Positions 39,421 through 53,290 of a DNA stretch of 64,000 nt are shown here, one piece after another; the stretch's first letter is position 1; each line of letters starts with the position of its first letter. Made by a program: the position numbers and the translations under genes. Where the stretch lies: positions 144,276,001 to 144,340,000 of the forward strand of contig NC_058368.1 of assembly GCF_018350175.1 (NCBI RefSeq), read 5' to 3'. Source of the DNA: Felis catus (Eukaryota). The notes below the pieces were generated by a model that was not told the DNA's origin, made no database searches, and saw only the letters and a program-made list of their open reading frames with translations.

Positions 39421-40165
39421 AAGAAACTGGAGAACAACCTGCCTTGGGCACTTAAAACTTGATTGCAAAGTACTTTTGGTTGTCAATTTGCTTCTGTTGC
39501 TGATTTACACTTTATATCTAAGGGTGAAAAATCAATCCCTTCTAGTCTCTCAAATTACAAAAGTTACAAGAGATTATTATTCAAAAATTGTATTGAAAAT
39601 GTTTACTTTTAGTTCTTCACTTTTGTTAGAATGTATCTATTTAATAATTAACTATAATAGTATTGGCCAGAATACGTCTAGGCTCCACATTACAAGAATC
39701 CAGCTTCCTATGTGTATCTTTCCCATCATACAGTGGCCTATCTGAGGAAGAGATGCTTTATGATACACTTTGGATTCAGTTGTTATTCACTTGGGCCTAA
39801 CTTCTTATTTTTTTGCATAATTTGCCTCATTCCTTTTAGTTTAAAATTCTTTCCAAATATGTTGTGTGCATTAATTCATTTTATGCATATTACCTATTAT
39901 GTATACTTACAATTAACCCTAAATCATCCTCTCATCTCAAGATACTTATTTCCATCACATATTTTGTTTCATTTTCTTAAACTTTCTGACCTGATTCACC
40001 CTAGACTAGTTGCCCTGTATACTAGTTGTATAGCTATAGTTCATTTCCCTTGAATTGAATCTTCTGTTCAGTCTTTCTGTATTCCATGTCTTCCTCTTGG
40101 TTTATTTCTTTCTTCTGATGGAGTACATTCTCTAGAAGCATCCTGGAGAAACGGTATTGGAAATA

Positions 40166-40500
40166 CAGTTGACCCCTGAACAATGAGGGAATTAAGGGCA
40201 TCAATCCCTGTACAGTTGAAAATCCATGTGTAACTTTTGACCCCCCCCCAGCACTTAACTACTAATAGCCTACTTTTGATCTGAAGCTTTAATGACATTT
40301 GATTAACACTATGTTTTGTATATGTACATTATATACTGTATTATTACATTGAGGTAAGCTAGAGATGTGAAGAAAATCATAATGTTTAGAAAATTTCTTT
40401 TAAGAGAGAAAACACATTTACAGTACTATAGTATTTATCCAAAAGAATTTGTGTAGAAGTAGACCTATACGTTTCCAACCTGTGTTGTTCGAGTTAACAG
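40166..40500 (-). mobile_element. Tigger2a-like DNA transposon
   Basis: TIRs cagttgacccctgaacaa / ttgttcgagttaacag, TA flanks. Confidence 0.85.
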
Positions 40501-40502
40501 TA

Positions 40503-42720
40503 AATGTTTTGAGATATTGATGTCTGGAAATGACCTTTTTTTCTACTCACATTTGATTGGTAGTTTTACTGGGTATAAAATTCTAGGCTATACATTACTT
40601 GGTGTGATTTTTTTTTCTCCCCTTCTAAAAATTTTCTTTTTTTCCCAAGTGTTATAAAATTTCATGTTGATTTTCCATGATTTAGTTCTATTTTCAACCA
40701 TTATATTGAGCCCTTCAATCTGGCAACCAAGTTCTGGGAAATTGTCCTGAATTATTTTTTGGTTCTTTCTTTTTTGCAACTATTTTATTTTAATTGATTG
40801 AATTCCATTCTTGGAATGTTCCTTTAGGAAAAAAAAATAGTATCCTGTTCTTGTTTCATGTTTGCATAATTCTCTAATTAACTGAGTGTATTGGTTGTTT
40901 TTTTTTTTAGACATTTTCTTCTATTTATTTATGCTGTGTATATCTATGTAAGTAGAAGAAAATGAATGTCTTAAAAAATTTATTTGTTGATTTATTGTTT
41001 GGTTTTTTTCATTTCACATTAGAATTTTTTATCTGATGTCTAATCATTTTTAAAGAGTGGAGGGCTAAAATGCTGATAGGAAGTGCTCTGTAGTTGAATA
41101 TGGTTTGCAAAATACGAGGTGAACTGTACAGTATACTAGCTGATCCATTTATGGGGAGAACTCCTGCTTTAGTATCTTCAGAGTTTTCATCTTGGGCTCA
41201 TGAGATTCTCCAGGGTCTTTTCTAGCCTTCTAAATGGCTAACAGTGTTCTGGGAGCTAGAAGGGGACAACTGGGAATCTCAGCATTCAGTTTGCAACTGT
41301 TTTCTTAATCCCTTGCTTTTGGTGGTACTGTCATCCTTCCCTGTGCTTGAAGATGGCTCAAATATCCTATGTTTTCCCTTCTCGAGAGGATAAAACTAGT
41401 CTTTTGTCGGGTAGGAGAATGGTCGTTGCTCAGTGGTGTGGAGACGAATAGAGTATTGAGGGATAATTGCTTCTTAATTCATTTTCAAACAGTCATTTTC
41501 AACCCACCCCCAGCTTCCTCTTCCAAAGATAATTTGTGCCACCAGTTCCTCAGAATTTTAGGATTCTTGGTGTAACTTAAGTTAGGTCCTAGCTTACCTC
41601 ACATCTACCTTAAGATTCTAGTATCATGAATCTTCTAAATCAGTGACCACTTGTCCATTTACTTTATAGCTTCTAAGTTGTTGTTGCTGGTGTCTTTTCT
41701 TCTAGTTATTTTTGAGGTTTTATGTCTTTTTAAACAACCTTTGACTGTGGTTTCAAGATAGAGTGAAATGAGATACACATGTTCATCTTATTCTCTTTAT
41801 CAGAAGCTCCAAAAGTAAAAATTATTCATGTTCATGTTAAAAAATTGTCAGTGTGTACAGGAGTATAAGATAAAGTGTAAAAACTTTTCCTCTACTTTCC
41901 CCTGCATACACACTACCCAGGGGTAACTAAAGTAAGTTAACAAGTGTACCCTCCAGAAATTTTTTTGTTTATATTTTTATTTATATAGAATAATGCATGT
42001 AGTATAATCAAAAGTGAAATTTTACTGTATAAATACATATGTGGTATATAGTATAAACATATACAATGTTTGTTTAATATGTTGAAATTAGGGAGTTCCA
42101 TATTGATGTGTACATTAATATGTACAGATGTCTTAATTTTTTAACTGTTTAACAGTATTATATTGTATGAGTTTTTCCTAATAAAATCTCATTTGTTAGA
42201 TACTTGTTTCTTATTCATCTTTTTAATATTATTACCAACAGTGCTACTATAAATATTCAGAGCCACATATCTTTTTCACTTCTTGTTATAGTTTTAGTTT
42301 AATTGTTAAAAGTGGAATTTAGTCAAACAATCCTCCTTAAAGAGGATATGCCTCTGCTAATGGTATATCAAAGTGTCTTTCTTTATATCCTGTGTGACTC
42401 ATCTCTTATCAGCCTTTTAAATCTTTGGCATTCTGATAAGTGACAAATCCTATCTTGTCATTTTAATTTGCTTGTTCTAATTTTATGTGAGGTTAATCAA
42501 GTGCTTATTGGACATTCCTTTTTTATGAGCTGCATATTCAGTTCATTTAGCCATTATTCTTTGGATTATTCCTTTTCCAGGTCGATTTGTAAGAGCTTAT
42601 TATTCTAGGGATAGTTTTGCCCTTTATCATATGTCTTGCAGATATTTCCCCAGGATTGTCCTTTATATTTTTGACATTGTTTATTGTATTATTTTTGCTA
42701 TATGGTCAATATATTTTAAA
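40503..42720 (-). mobile_element. Ancient antisense L1 relics
   Basis: T-rich degenerate L1-like text (ctgggtataaaattctaggct; tcattttaatttgcttgttct). Confidence 0.55.
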
Positions 42721-42987
42721 ATGAGAAAATATTGAGCAAATATTGGCTTTACTATCCCTCACCCACATTGTTTCCTTGAGAGCTTTAAAATGTTATAAAG
42801 TATTTAAACTATTGATTTAACATTTGGAAGGTATCAGCAGTATTTTATTTCAATTAACTAGTTTATAGAGTAAATTAAAATTTTCTTATATTCTAACTTT
42901 AAAAAGACTATTAATTAAAAGACCACTAATTAAACATCATGTTCATATATCTTGTATTATTTAGCTAAAAAATATTTCTATTTTCAG

Positions 42988-43175
42988 TGTTCTACACAAG
43001 AGTTCTTCTTGATTGTCAAAACCCTGTATCACCTGAAGTCAGAATTTCAAGCATTAATACCTGCTGTTAATTCCCACGTTCGGTCAGACTTGCTCCAGAC
43101 ATTTATTTTAGAAATTCCTGAACTCCTCAGTCCAGTGGAGCGTTTCTTAAAGCTACTTAATGAACAAGCTGCCAA
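42988..43175 (+). CDS. MSH3: MSH3 coding exon (~exon 14), 188 nt
   Basis: ttttcAG|TGT TCT ACA...GCC AA|GTaagt; [62 protein letters not shown](K). Confidence 0.97.
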
Positions 43176-43908
43176 GTAAGTAGTAGATTCGTAGATTATT
43201 GTCACTGCTGAAAACAAAGAACTCATGTATTTGCCCTTTGGTGAATGGATTCCTAAGCTTCCCTAGCAGTAATGGTAGGAATTGCCTGTGAAATTAGAAA
43301 TGTTATTGGATGCTAAAGGCTGTCAATTACAGCTGGAAGTAACCCTCTGCCATCTAAAACTTAGTTCATTATTTAGGACAATACAGTACTTCTCTAGGTA
43401 TTGGATGATGAAAAGATAAAGTCCAGGCAGAGCAACTGGTAGCATTTATTAATTTAAAATTGGGTGGCAAATGGCATCTTACACTCATTTGCTAGATATC
43501 CAGTGGTCTGCCTTATATTTAGAAATTACAGAAGCAAAGTTATCCTTTAAGAGGTAGTCATTTCATAGTTCATCCCACAAAGAACTCTGTATCGGGGGGG
43601 GGGGGGGGAAGACAGTATTTTCATTTGTGCTTATTTTCTGAATAGGCAAACAAAAAAAATTTCATTTTATCTCTCACACCATGGAAATCATGAACTTGCA
43701 AAATGAAAATGTCTTTAGGATAATTTTGTCTATCTTCAAAGAAATTAAGAAACCTACCTGTAAATACTTAGTGGCAGAACTGGGATTAGAGCCTCGTTTC
43801 CTGGCTCCCAACCCTTTGGTCTTTTATCATGCTGTGAAAAATAATTGATGATCGGTATAAGTAGTATGCTTCAATATATATATTTGCTTTTTTTTTTCCA
43901 TTTTTTAG

Positions 43909-44077
43909 AAGTGGGGATAAAACAGAATTATTCAAAGATCTTTCTGACTTCCCTTTAATAAAAAAGAGGAAGGATGAAATTCAAGAAGTTACTCACAGGA
44001 TCCAAATACATTTGCAAGATATACGAAAAATACTAAAAAATCCTTCTGCACAGTATGTGACAGTATCAGGACAGGAG
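43909..44077 (+). CDS. MSH3: MSH3 coding exon (~exon 15), 169 nt
   Basis: ttttttAG|A AGT GGG GAT AAA...CAG GAG|GTaatg; [56 protein letters not shown]. Confidence 0.96.
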
Positions 44078-46732
44078 GTAATGTCAGACATAATTTTATT
44101 TTGCATTAGTTTATCTCAGGTAGAAAAGCTACTTTAAAATGTGAACAAAAATCCGAGGACAGGATGAAAGTTTGTTTTGTTTAGTTTTCATATTTTTTCT
44201 TTTGTTCCTTGGAAATAAGATGTAATGCCTTGTTCTGATAAGAATGATTTTAGTAACAATATTTTGTGTTTATTTACTTTAGTCCCCTGGTGAAATCATG
44301 CAACGTAATGTTACATGTATTTTAATATTATTTCCTGAAATGTATTATAGAAAACCATGATTATTGTAAATAGTAATTTAGAGGATTCATTTACCCTAAA
44401 TCCAGGAGAGAGAAGTTAGTCTTTGATGTCTGGCCAGCAGATAATGAAATGATATGAAGAGAACCACCTGTGTTGATTGGATCATAGTGATTAAAAGGCA
44501 GGGTTTCCTTCTGATGTTAGTATAGCTGCTAAAAAACAAAAAGAAAAAAAAAGAAACAAAACTATAGTGAAAACCTACAGTTAGTGAGTCTTCCATAAGA
44601 TTATGTAAGTGCCGTTTAGAATGTATTTTGGTTGTTTTTTTTTTTGGCATGTGTACCACTGTTTAAAGTTTGGTTTTATAAATATCTGAGTGAGAACCAG
44701 GAAGAAGTATGCCTTTTAAATGTAGTTGTATCCTTCGGTCTTACTCTGAGTCTTAAGGCATGCTACTTCTATATCTTATGTTTAATAGATATAAAGATTC
44801 TAACTGAGGGAATTTGAGAAATCCTACTTTGTTAAGATAGCGAATTAGGAAATGTGTGAATAATTTCCAGAGCATGAACATTTTATTCAGAATTTTTAAA
44901 AACAGGTATTTTTCTAGTAGGGAAGACCTTAATTTCAAATAAAATTTTTAAATATTTGCATTCCTTTACATATTTAGTGAGAAGAATGTTGATTTGTATG
45001 ATCATTTGAAATAAGAAATCCTACAGTAAATCATAATCTTTACTGAAACGTTTATTAATCTTGTGCCATTTAATAGACCATTGATTAAGTCGGCCTGTCT
45101 TTTGGACTAAAATTAAATCTTTTGGACTCAGGCAGACATTTTGCAGTATATTCCACATAGAACTCCATATAACAGAAAAATAATTTGACAATCTTTATAC
45201 TTGGTTGCCCTCCCATAACCAAATATTTAATTGCGTCACTTGGTTTCACTATGCAATCAAGACCTTGCAAAGTAACATATGACCTTACCACCACTATTCT
45301 GAGCTATTGTTGACAATGAGATGATCAAAACTGTTTAATAACATTAATAAAAGATAGGTAGTAGAAAAGTGGTGACCTGGTGTTACAGTGGGGAAAAGCT
45401 GTGTGTGTAAGTGCCCCTTCCCCCACTTACATGCTCTGTGACCACAGCAGAATCACCTGTGTCCATGAGACTACTTTAAAAACCAGTTGAATTAAAATAC
45501 ATGAAAAGTGCTTTTTAATTCTAAAGCACCATGTAAATGTTCTTCATATACTACTACTACTACTAATATAGTTACCATTTATCAAGCACTTGTTCAGAAT
45601 GGTGCTAAATGCTGTACATGTATTATTTAACCCTTATAATAACACAAAAAGGGGCTATTGTCATTTTGCAGCAAAGAAAACTGAGGTTTGGAGTAGTTAG
45701 TAGGTAAGTTACCCGAGTCAGAAGCCCAGTCCTGCCTGACTCCAGTCTTTCTACCATGTCCTTATTTCACTTTACTCACAAATATTAACATTTTATTTTA
45801 TAAAACCCAGACATCTTAGAGCTCATAATACACAAACTAAAATAAAGCTTAAGTCTTGGGAGGACAGTCCTGTATCCAGTTGGCAGTTTTACAGTGAAAA
45901 TGGGGAAAACTGATCAGGAATTCATAAGCAATAGTAGACTAGTATGTTTTGTTTTGTTTTGTTTTTTATATCAGTGTGGTAATGAAGTTTAAGAAAAAGC
46001 ACAGTATGGAGATGAAGTAATTGGATTACAAATAATTAGGGAGATACAAATTATCTTATTCTTTACTTAACCTTCAGGTTAAGGTGATGAGTTTGAGGCA
46101 AGAAATTTCTTAGTTATTAACTGTGGGATGGATTCTTAATGGTTTTTAAAAAAAGTACAGAATTTTAATAGTACATCAGTACAGAATCACTTTTATAACA
46201 TTTTTTGAGAATTAGTGATTCTATTCAAACACCAAATGAATTCTAGATTTTCAGCATTGTTATCAAATTCTGTTTTAAAAACTTACAATTATTCAGAAAT
46301 ACTTAAAGTACAGAGAACTGACTCTGTCAAATATGATTACCTCTGAGAAATGAAAGAGGATAGCAGGAAAGTCCTTAATTTATATATGCTCTTCTTTTAT
46401 ACCCTTCTCTTCTAAAATTTTATTCTGTACATATAACATGTGTAATAATTTTTAAAAAACCTGTTTTAGCAGCCCCATGTAGTGCATGGATTTTGTTATT
46501 ATTGGTAAAAATAAGTAGATTGTCAAGCCAGTATTAACTTTTGAGAACATTCATTTTTCACCTCTGTTTCCAGTTTGTATGTACTTATTAGAATACTATA
46601 AGCCTTACTGACTATGTGCATTATTATCTCTGACTCTGATAGTATTTGTAAGAAAATAATGAAAGCAGAAACTTAGTTCACTGCTTCTATGATAGTCTTT
46701 CTCATATTTTAGATATACAGAGAATCATCTTT

Positions 46733-46927
46733 TTTTTTAATGTTTATTTATTTATTTGAAAGAGACAGAGAGACCAGAGACAGAGTGTACGCATGTGCGA
46801 GTGGGCGAGAGGCAGAGAGAGAGGGAGAGAGAATCCCAAGCAGGCAGGGCTTGATCCCACAACCATGAGATCATGACCTGAACCAAAATCAAGAGTCAGA
46901 TAACTAACTGAGCCACGCAGGTGCCCC
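46733..46927 (-). mobile_element. Can-SINE
   Basis: TSD agagaat(c/t)atctttt. Confidence 0.9.
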
Positions 46928-48416
46928 TAGAGAATTATCTTTTAATCTTGAATCAAATATGGAATGGATATGGGGTGATATTTAGATTTGGAGTAGTACT
47001 GGTAAGTATTATTCCTAGGGGAAAGGGAAGAAACATTAGGCAGAAATCTTTAGGAAAAACATTAGTTCACAACATGCAGCATATCCAGATTCTGCTTGGT
47101 ATGTTTAAGATATGAAAAGCATTCTCCATTAAATCTTACTTCTAAATAAAAAAAAAATATTTGAAGATTCTTGAGGAGAAGAAAGAAAAGGGGGATAGTA
47201 GGAATGGGTTAAGTGTGGTATTGAAGAAAACAGAGAGCAGTTTCTGGAGTGAATTAAGCAAACTTAGCCATGATGCCAGCCCAGTGATATGACAGACTGT
47301 AGTTAATGGTATCTGACATTTAAGCAACAAAGAATTGGATCCTAGGAGTATGAGAGAAAGTGCTAGAACAAATCATGGCACACTTTGCATCACCACCTAA
47401 GAAACAGGGACTGTAGAGCAGGGAAAGTGGCTGTGAGAATACTCTAAGCTTTCTGAAATATTTGTTAATTTCCAATTTTAGATGGTTTCCATTTTTGTAG
47501 CAATAAAATTCTTAAAAGGCCTGTCTGCTCATTCTTAGAATATTTGTAGAAGGAAACAGAGAGAAACTTTCCTATTCCTTAGGTAGTATAGAAGAGAACA
47601 AAAACCTGCTAGTCTGTTTTTGGAGAAACCCCAGCTGAGAAGAAGAGGACATATAGGACCAGCACCAACTTGAGGAAGTAATCCCAGGGGTGTAACAAGC
47701 AGAAGGTCTATGTGGGCTTTTCCAACTCTGACCCTGTTTTCCATCCAGTATTGGCTCTGCATTTGGCTTCTTTGAGGATATGTAGTCCTTAGAGTAGACC
47801 CTTGATACTTACAGATTGAACCATATGGTGCACACTATTCCCAGCATGCTTCAAAGGGCCATGACTAGTAGCAAGGCACAGATATGAATCCGGTGCCCCA
47901 TGTTGCCCTGTTATGGCAAATTACTTAAGTAAGCCAGCCTCCCTGATTGCCCAGTGAGACAGTTTTAACTAATTTTCAAAATTTCTGCCTTCCTTTCCTT
48001 AGTAACTCTAGTCGAGCTCTGTGTTAGTTATTACGGTTCTAGATGTATTCTTCCCAAGTATTAGTGAGCCACTGTGGTCCTGCATTTTGCAGTTTACTGC
48101 AGGCATAGCTCTTCCCAGAATTATTTTATAAAAGGATCAATATACCTTCTTGTTGGGCATTTAACAATAATACTTAGGCAGTTTTTTTAGCATAATCTTA
48201 AAGCCCTTTTATCTTTCTTGTCAATGATATTTATTTTGTGGGTTTTTTCCTCAGTTACTTTTTGTAGCCGAAGGCTAGTTTTTAGACTCTTCACTCTTAA
48301 TTGTTTAACTGGGTGTAGCAGGTTTGAAATTGTATTGTCTCCATATAAGAAGGCCCCATTAGTTGCGAAATTTTTTCTCAGAATGAAAATTCTTAAAATT
48401 AACCAATAATTTCTAT

Positions 48417-48647
48417 ATTATTTTTTTAAGCAGAATCGTTTTTTTTTAATGTTTATTTACTTATTTTGAGAGAGAGAGTGTGCACGAGCAAGGGAGAGAG
48501 AGAGAAAAGGAGAGAGAGAATCCCAAGCAGGCTGTACGCTGTCAGCACAGAGCCCTATGTGGGGCTTGAACTCATGAACCGTGAGAGCATGACCTGAGCT
48601 GAAACCAAGAGTCGGACACTAAACTGACTGAACCACCCAGGCACTCC
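48417..48647 (-). mobile_element. Can-SINE
   Basis: TSD caataatttctat. Confidence 0.9.
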
Positions 48648-49648
48648 AATAATTTCTATGTTGTTTCTATGAAATATAATTTCTATGAAAAACTACACAG
48701 AAAAATAAACTCAAAAGATAGGCCAACACTACTAATAATATGCATATTGTGAATACCTAAAATGTTATAAAACTGGTATACGTAAAGAAGTTCCTGCCGC
48801 CATCTCAAAATTAGTGGTAGCCACATAGCTTCTGGGTTCCGTCCTGTACAAAATAAATGTTTGTGTGTTTATTCACTTAAATAAAACATTGAATTTCATT
48901 GCAATAATACAGGAGAGTAAGCAGGAGGAAGAGATGACCTACAACTAATGCTAAAAATGAAAGGCATGATAGTAGAAGTTGATTTCACTTGCTTCCTGGC
49001 CGATTTCAGAAAAGCTTGCTTGCAGAACGCAGTTGGCTTAATAAAGATATGGTTCATATAAGTGAAAACTTAAAGAAAACACCCTTGGGATAAAATATCT
49101 CTGATAGCTGAAGAAATCTGTGCTTTTTCATGAGGATACTTTTAGATATTGGGCTCTTTGTGTAACAGCCGTGACAATAAATCCTCTTCTGTTCAGAATA
49201 AGGGATGGACCATATCTCAAACTGGTATAGCACTTCATAATTGATATTTTAAAATTGTATGTACTTAGAAATTCAATTGTATTACTGAGTAATAGAATTC
49301 TTAAGTAAGTGGGTACTAATAAATGAAAGAGACTGTTAAAGAAAAATCACCATTTGTAGTATGCACATGATAATGTTATAAACATTAAGTTGTGAAGTTA
49401 TATGCTTATTACAAACTTTTGTTGAATACAAGTTGTACTTTATTGCAAGTATTACAACCCTAATTATTAATATTTGGTTATATACATGAACATATATTTG
49501 GACATACATGAACTTCCCTTTTAACAGTATTGGATTTATTTTGAATGTTTAGAATAGTATTTACTAAACTGATAGAAGTTTTGAGGAAGCTTTAAAAATA
49601 TAATGGTTAATCATTTAAATATGTAATTTTTATTTATATTTCTTTTAG

Positions 49649-49713
49649 TTTATGATTGAAATAAAGAATTCTGCTGTATCTTGTATACCAACTGATTGGG
49701 TTAAGGTTGGAAG
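49649..49713 (+). CDS. MSH3: MSH3 coding exon (~exon 16), 65 nt
   Basis: cttttAG|TTT ATG ATT GAA...GGA AG|GTaggt; FMIEIKNSAVSCIPTDWVKVG(S). Confidence 0.96.
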
Positions 49714-49881
49714 GTAGGTTTAAAAATACATTTTTTTCTTAACGTGAATTATAATGACACATTATGAGCATGTACACCTGTATGTTTTTGGAATGATAAT
49801 AACCACATTCATGACATTAAATATGATTCTTCCCCTTTGGTTTTCTTATGGAACTTTTAACCAAAGAAATAATTATTTTAA

Positions 49882-50095
49882 TTTTTTTTTTCAACGTTTT
49901 TATTTATTTTGGGACAGAGAGAGACAGAGCATGAACGGGGGAGGGGCAGAGAGAGAGGGAGATACAGAATCGGAAACAGGCTCCAGGCTCTGAGCCATCA
50001 GCCCAAAGCCTGATGCGGGGCTCGAACTCCCGGACCGCGAGATTGTGACCTGGCTGAAGTCAGACGCTTAACCGACTGCACCACCCAGGCGCCCC
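49882..50095 (-). mobile_element. Young CpG-rich Can-SINE (SINEC_Fc-like)
   Basis: perfect 17-bp TSD agaaataattattttaa (49865-49881 / 50096-50112). Confidence 0.95.
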
Positions 50096-51429
50096 AGAAA
50101 TAATTATTTTAAACTCTTTCTATCATTGATTTTAAAATATTTTTTCCAAAGAGTATCTTATTTGTATATATTTGTTTTCTTGTTTTATTATTGTTTTATT
50201 CTTACACCTTAGAGTACACTTTAAACACATGAAAAAATGTTGGAGGATCTTCAGTTATAAAATTAATTTGGTTGCTTGAATTTTCTGATGAATGCCATAC
50301 CTGAAATTTCATTTTCTGCTTCACTGAGCTCTCTCTGCATTTCTTTATTGTTGATGCTTTCCATGCCACATAATTATAATAGTTGTTTACATTTTCTTTT
50401 TTGTAAGTTGTATCATGAATTGATGAAAACAAATTTAATCAAAAACAAAATTAGAAAACCACATTGAGACTGCCTTTTCTCCTTGGTTAGGCATTAATTC
50501 CCAAGAGGGGACTCATTTAAAGAAGTGGTGTTAGAGAAGTATATACTCCTGTGAATCGTATTCTTTGTGAAATATTTATTACTACTGTTATTAATATGTT
50601 TGCATGAACTTTAGATGAAAATGTCAGATTTGCCTGAGTAAGCAGAAGAGAGCCTAGTAGCTGGTGATTGTATGAAGGAACTATGTTAAGGATGGGAGAA
50701 AATTTTGACATGTATGAACGATTATTATAATTGTAACTTTAATTCAAAAAGAAAATGAGTATCTATTGCCACTATCAAAGAATCCTGAAGGTACAATCAT
50801 GGGTTTCTTTAGCTTGTTTTTCTTACATGTTACTAGAAGCCATAATTGAGATTTGAGTATTTTGTTTTTAGGGGATGTTTTCTCTCCTTGCAAGTATTCT
50901 TTCGTTTTCTGTCCTGTACTATAGCTAATGAATCAAAATATGCTTTATGAAGAGAAGTTATTTAAAATTGTGCATCTAATTATCTAAGAAACTGAAATGT
51001 TTCACTGAATGAATTTTGTCGGAAGAGAAAGCTATGACAAATAGGTTTGCATAGAAGTCTAGATGATAATTCAGAAGCAATAAGGAAGGCATAAATCAGT
51101 GTCAGCATCTTGTGAACATTCAATGATGTAAATTGAAAGAATAAATAAGATAGTTTGGGGGAAGCTCATTGTTATATTTTATATGTTACTTGGCCATCAG
51201 AACCTTGACAGGGATAGGTTAGATTATCAGTCAGGTTTTGCATGTGAAAGTCTCACCCCTGTTCCAATAATGCCAAATTAAACATACTTGTGACAGGAGT
51301 AGGGGAGCAAACAAAGAACAGAGTGCAGTCTGTCATCACCTGCCTGTCACTTAACTCCAACCTTCTCTTCTCAAAGCTTCAAACATAATAATAACATCAA
51401 CAGTGGTAATAATCACCACATCCACAAAA

Positions 51430-51650
51430 CAATGCTTAACATTGGGTGCTAATGTCATGGGACATTGGCACCTTGCTAAGCACTATCTTATCCTGTTAAC
51501 AGTACCTATGACATAGATACTGTCATTATCCCCATTTTATAGATGAAGAAAGTGATGTTGAGAGAAGATCAGTTATATTTGCCCAAAGTCACACAGCAAG
51601 TAAGTGGCAGGCAGAGTTAGAGCCTTGGGCCAGACTTTTTGACTGGGGAC
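51430..51650 (-). mobile_element. MIR
   Basis: attatccccattttatagatgaagaaa...ttgcccaaagtcacacagcaagtaagtggcag. Confidence 0.8.
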
Positions 51651-52233
51651 CTGTGGCAGGCCCTCTTGTGCTCTGCAGTTTCTTGATGAAGAAGCAGAGA
51701 TTATACACAGGCTCAGACGAGGAGCATGTGGTATTTCTTCCCTTCTGGAGCCGCTGTGAATCTACAGTTAGATAACGAAGCATTCTTCTTTGATTGCCTC
51801 CTGAATTAATGCATTGCTATTCTTTGTAATTCTTTATAGTTTTCTTTTTTTCACTGAAATACTGTAGTCATACAGAAAAGTATAAAACTTAAAGAATATT
51901 ATGACCGTCATCAGTGTATCCAGCTTTGTCAGGACTTATTTGCTTCTGATCTTCTTTTTAATAAGCAAGCATTTTCATTTAGTGTAACTTAAAGAAAAAA
52001 GCTTTCTGCTTTGAAATGGAAACTCTAAACTCTGAACTTGTCATATGGGTATAATTTAAAATGCATTTTAGAGCTTCCTGAACAAAGTCCTATGAACTCC
52101 AAGTACTTTATTTACAACAGAGATCTTTGGAATCAATAGAATTCAGGACCATAATTAAAGAATGTTCTCTGTTTACAGCTATTTACTTTCAAGGTTCATC
52201 AGAGAATAATAAATAACTACTTTAATTTTCTGA

Positions 52234-52416
<183 letters not shown>

Positions 52417-52809
52417 TGAGTTTACAATGAAAAATATACTCTGACTTTTTGCTATGAGAAATAGACCGGAAAATCTTTCTATCAAAGAGAAAAGTAGAGA
52501 TTACTGCTTGTGACCTGTCATAAAATAGTTGAGTACATGTGTTCTCTCATTTTATTTTTAGTCTGTTGAAATGTAAGCTCATTTTAGTCCGTAATGAGAG
52601 ACCTAATATACTTTATTGTTACTGTACCTACATTTAGTTGCTAAGGATGGTTGGTAGAGTCACGTTTTGAAATTCCACTTTGGACATCATTTACTTATAA
52701 AAAAGGCCTAATATTTTCAGAGTTGGACAAATATGGGTTAGTTGTTCTGTTTTTATTATCTCCATTTAATGTTTTTTTTCTTATTTTACATCCTATGTAT
52801 TTCCTAACT

Positions 52810-53290
52810 TTTTGTTTTAGAGAATTTTAAACATGGGAAAGTTGAAATGAACACTGACACTCTCTTCACTTACATTTATCAAGTGTTAACATTTTGCCAC
52901 ATTTTTTTTATATCTCTCATAGACTTTTTTTCCTGAACCATTTGAAAGTACATTTTAGACATTATAACACTTCACCCCTCCCCCTAAATCTTAATTAAAC
53001 ATACATCTAAAACTAAGGACTTTATACTATATAATCTTAACACCATTATCACATCTAAAAAATTGATATTAATTTAAGGAATATTGAGTTTCTTTAATTC
53101 TGCCTCCCTCCCCGATTTTTAAATGAAAGCTCAAATCAACTTTCACATGTTGCATTTTGTTACTATGTTTCTTTTCTAGTTGAATCTAGAATAATCTCCC
53201 ATATTTTTTTGTTTTTTATAAGATTTTCTTTTGAAGAGCCCTTGCCATTGCCTCCAAGAATGTTTCATAGCTGGATTTATTCATAGCTGT
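52810..53290 (-). mobile_element. Old L1 3' end relic
   Basis: ttcctgaaccatttgaaagta...acacttcacccct...catgttgcatttt. Confidence 0.6.
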
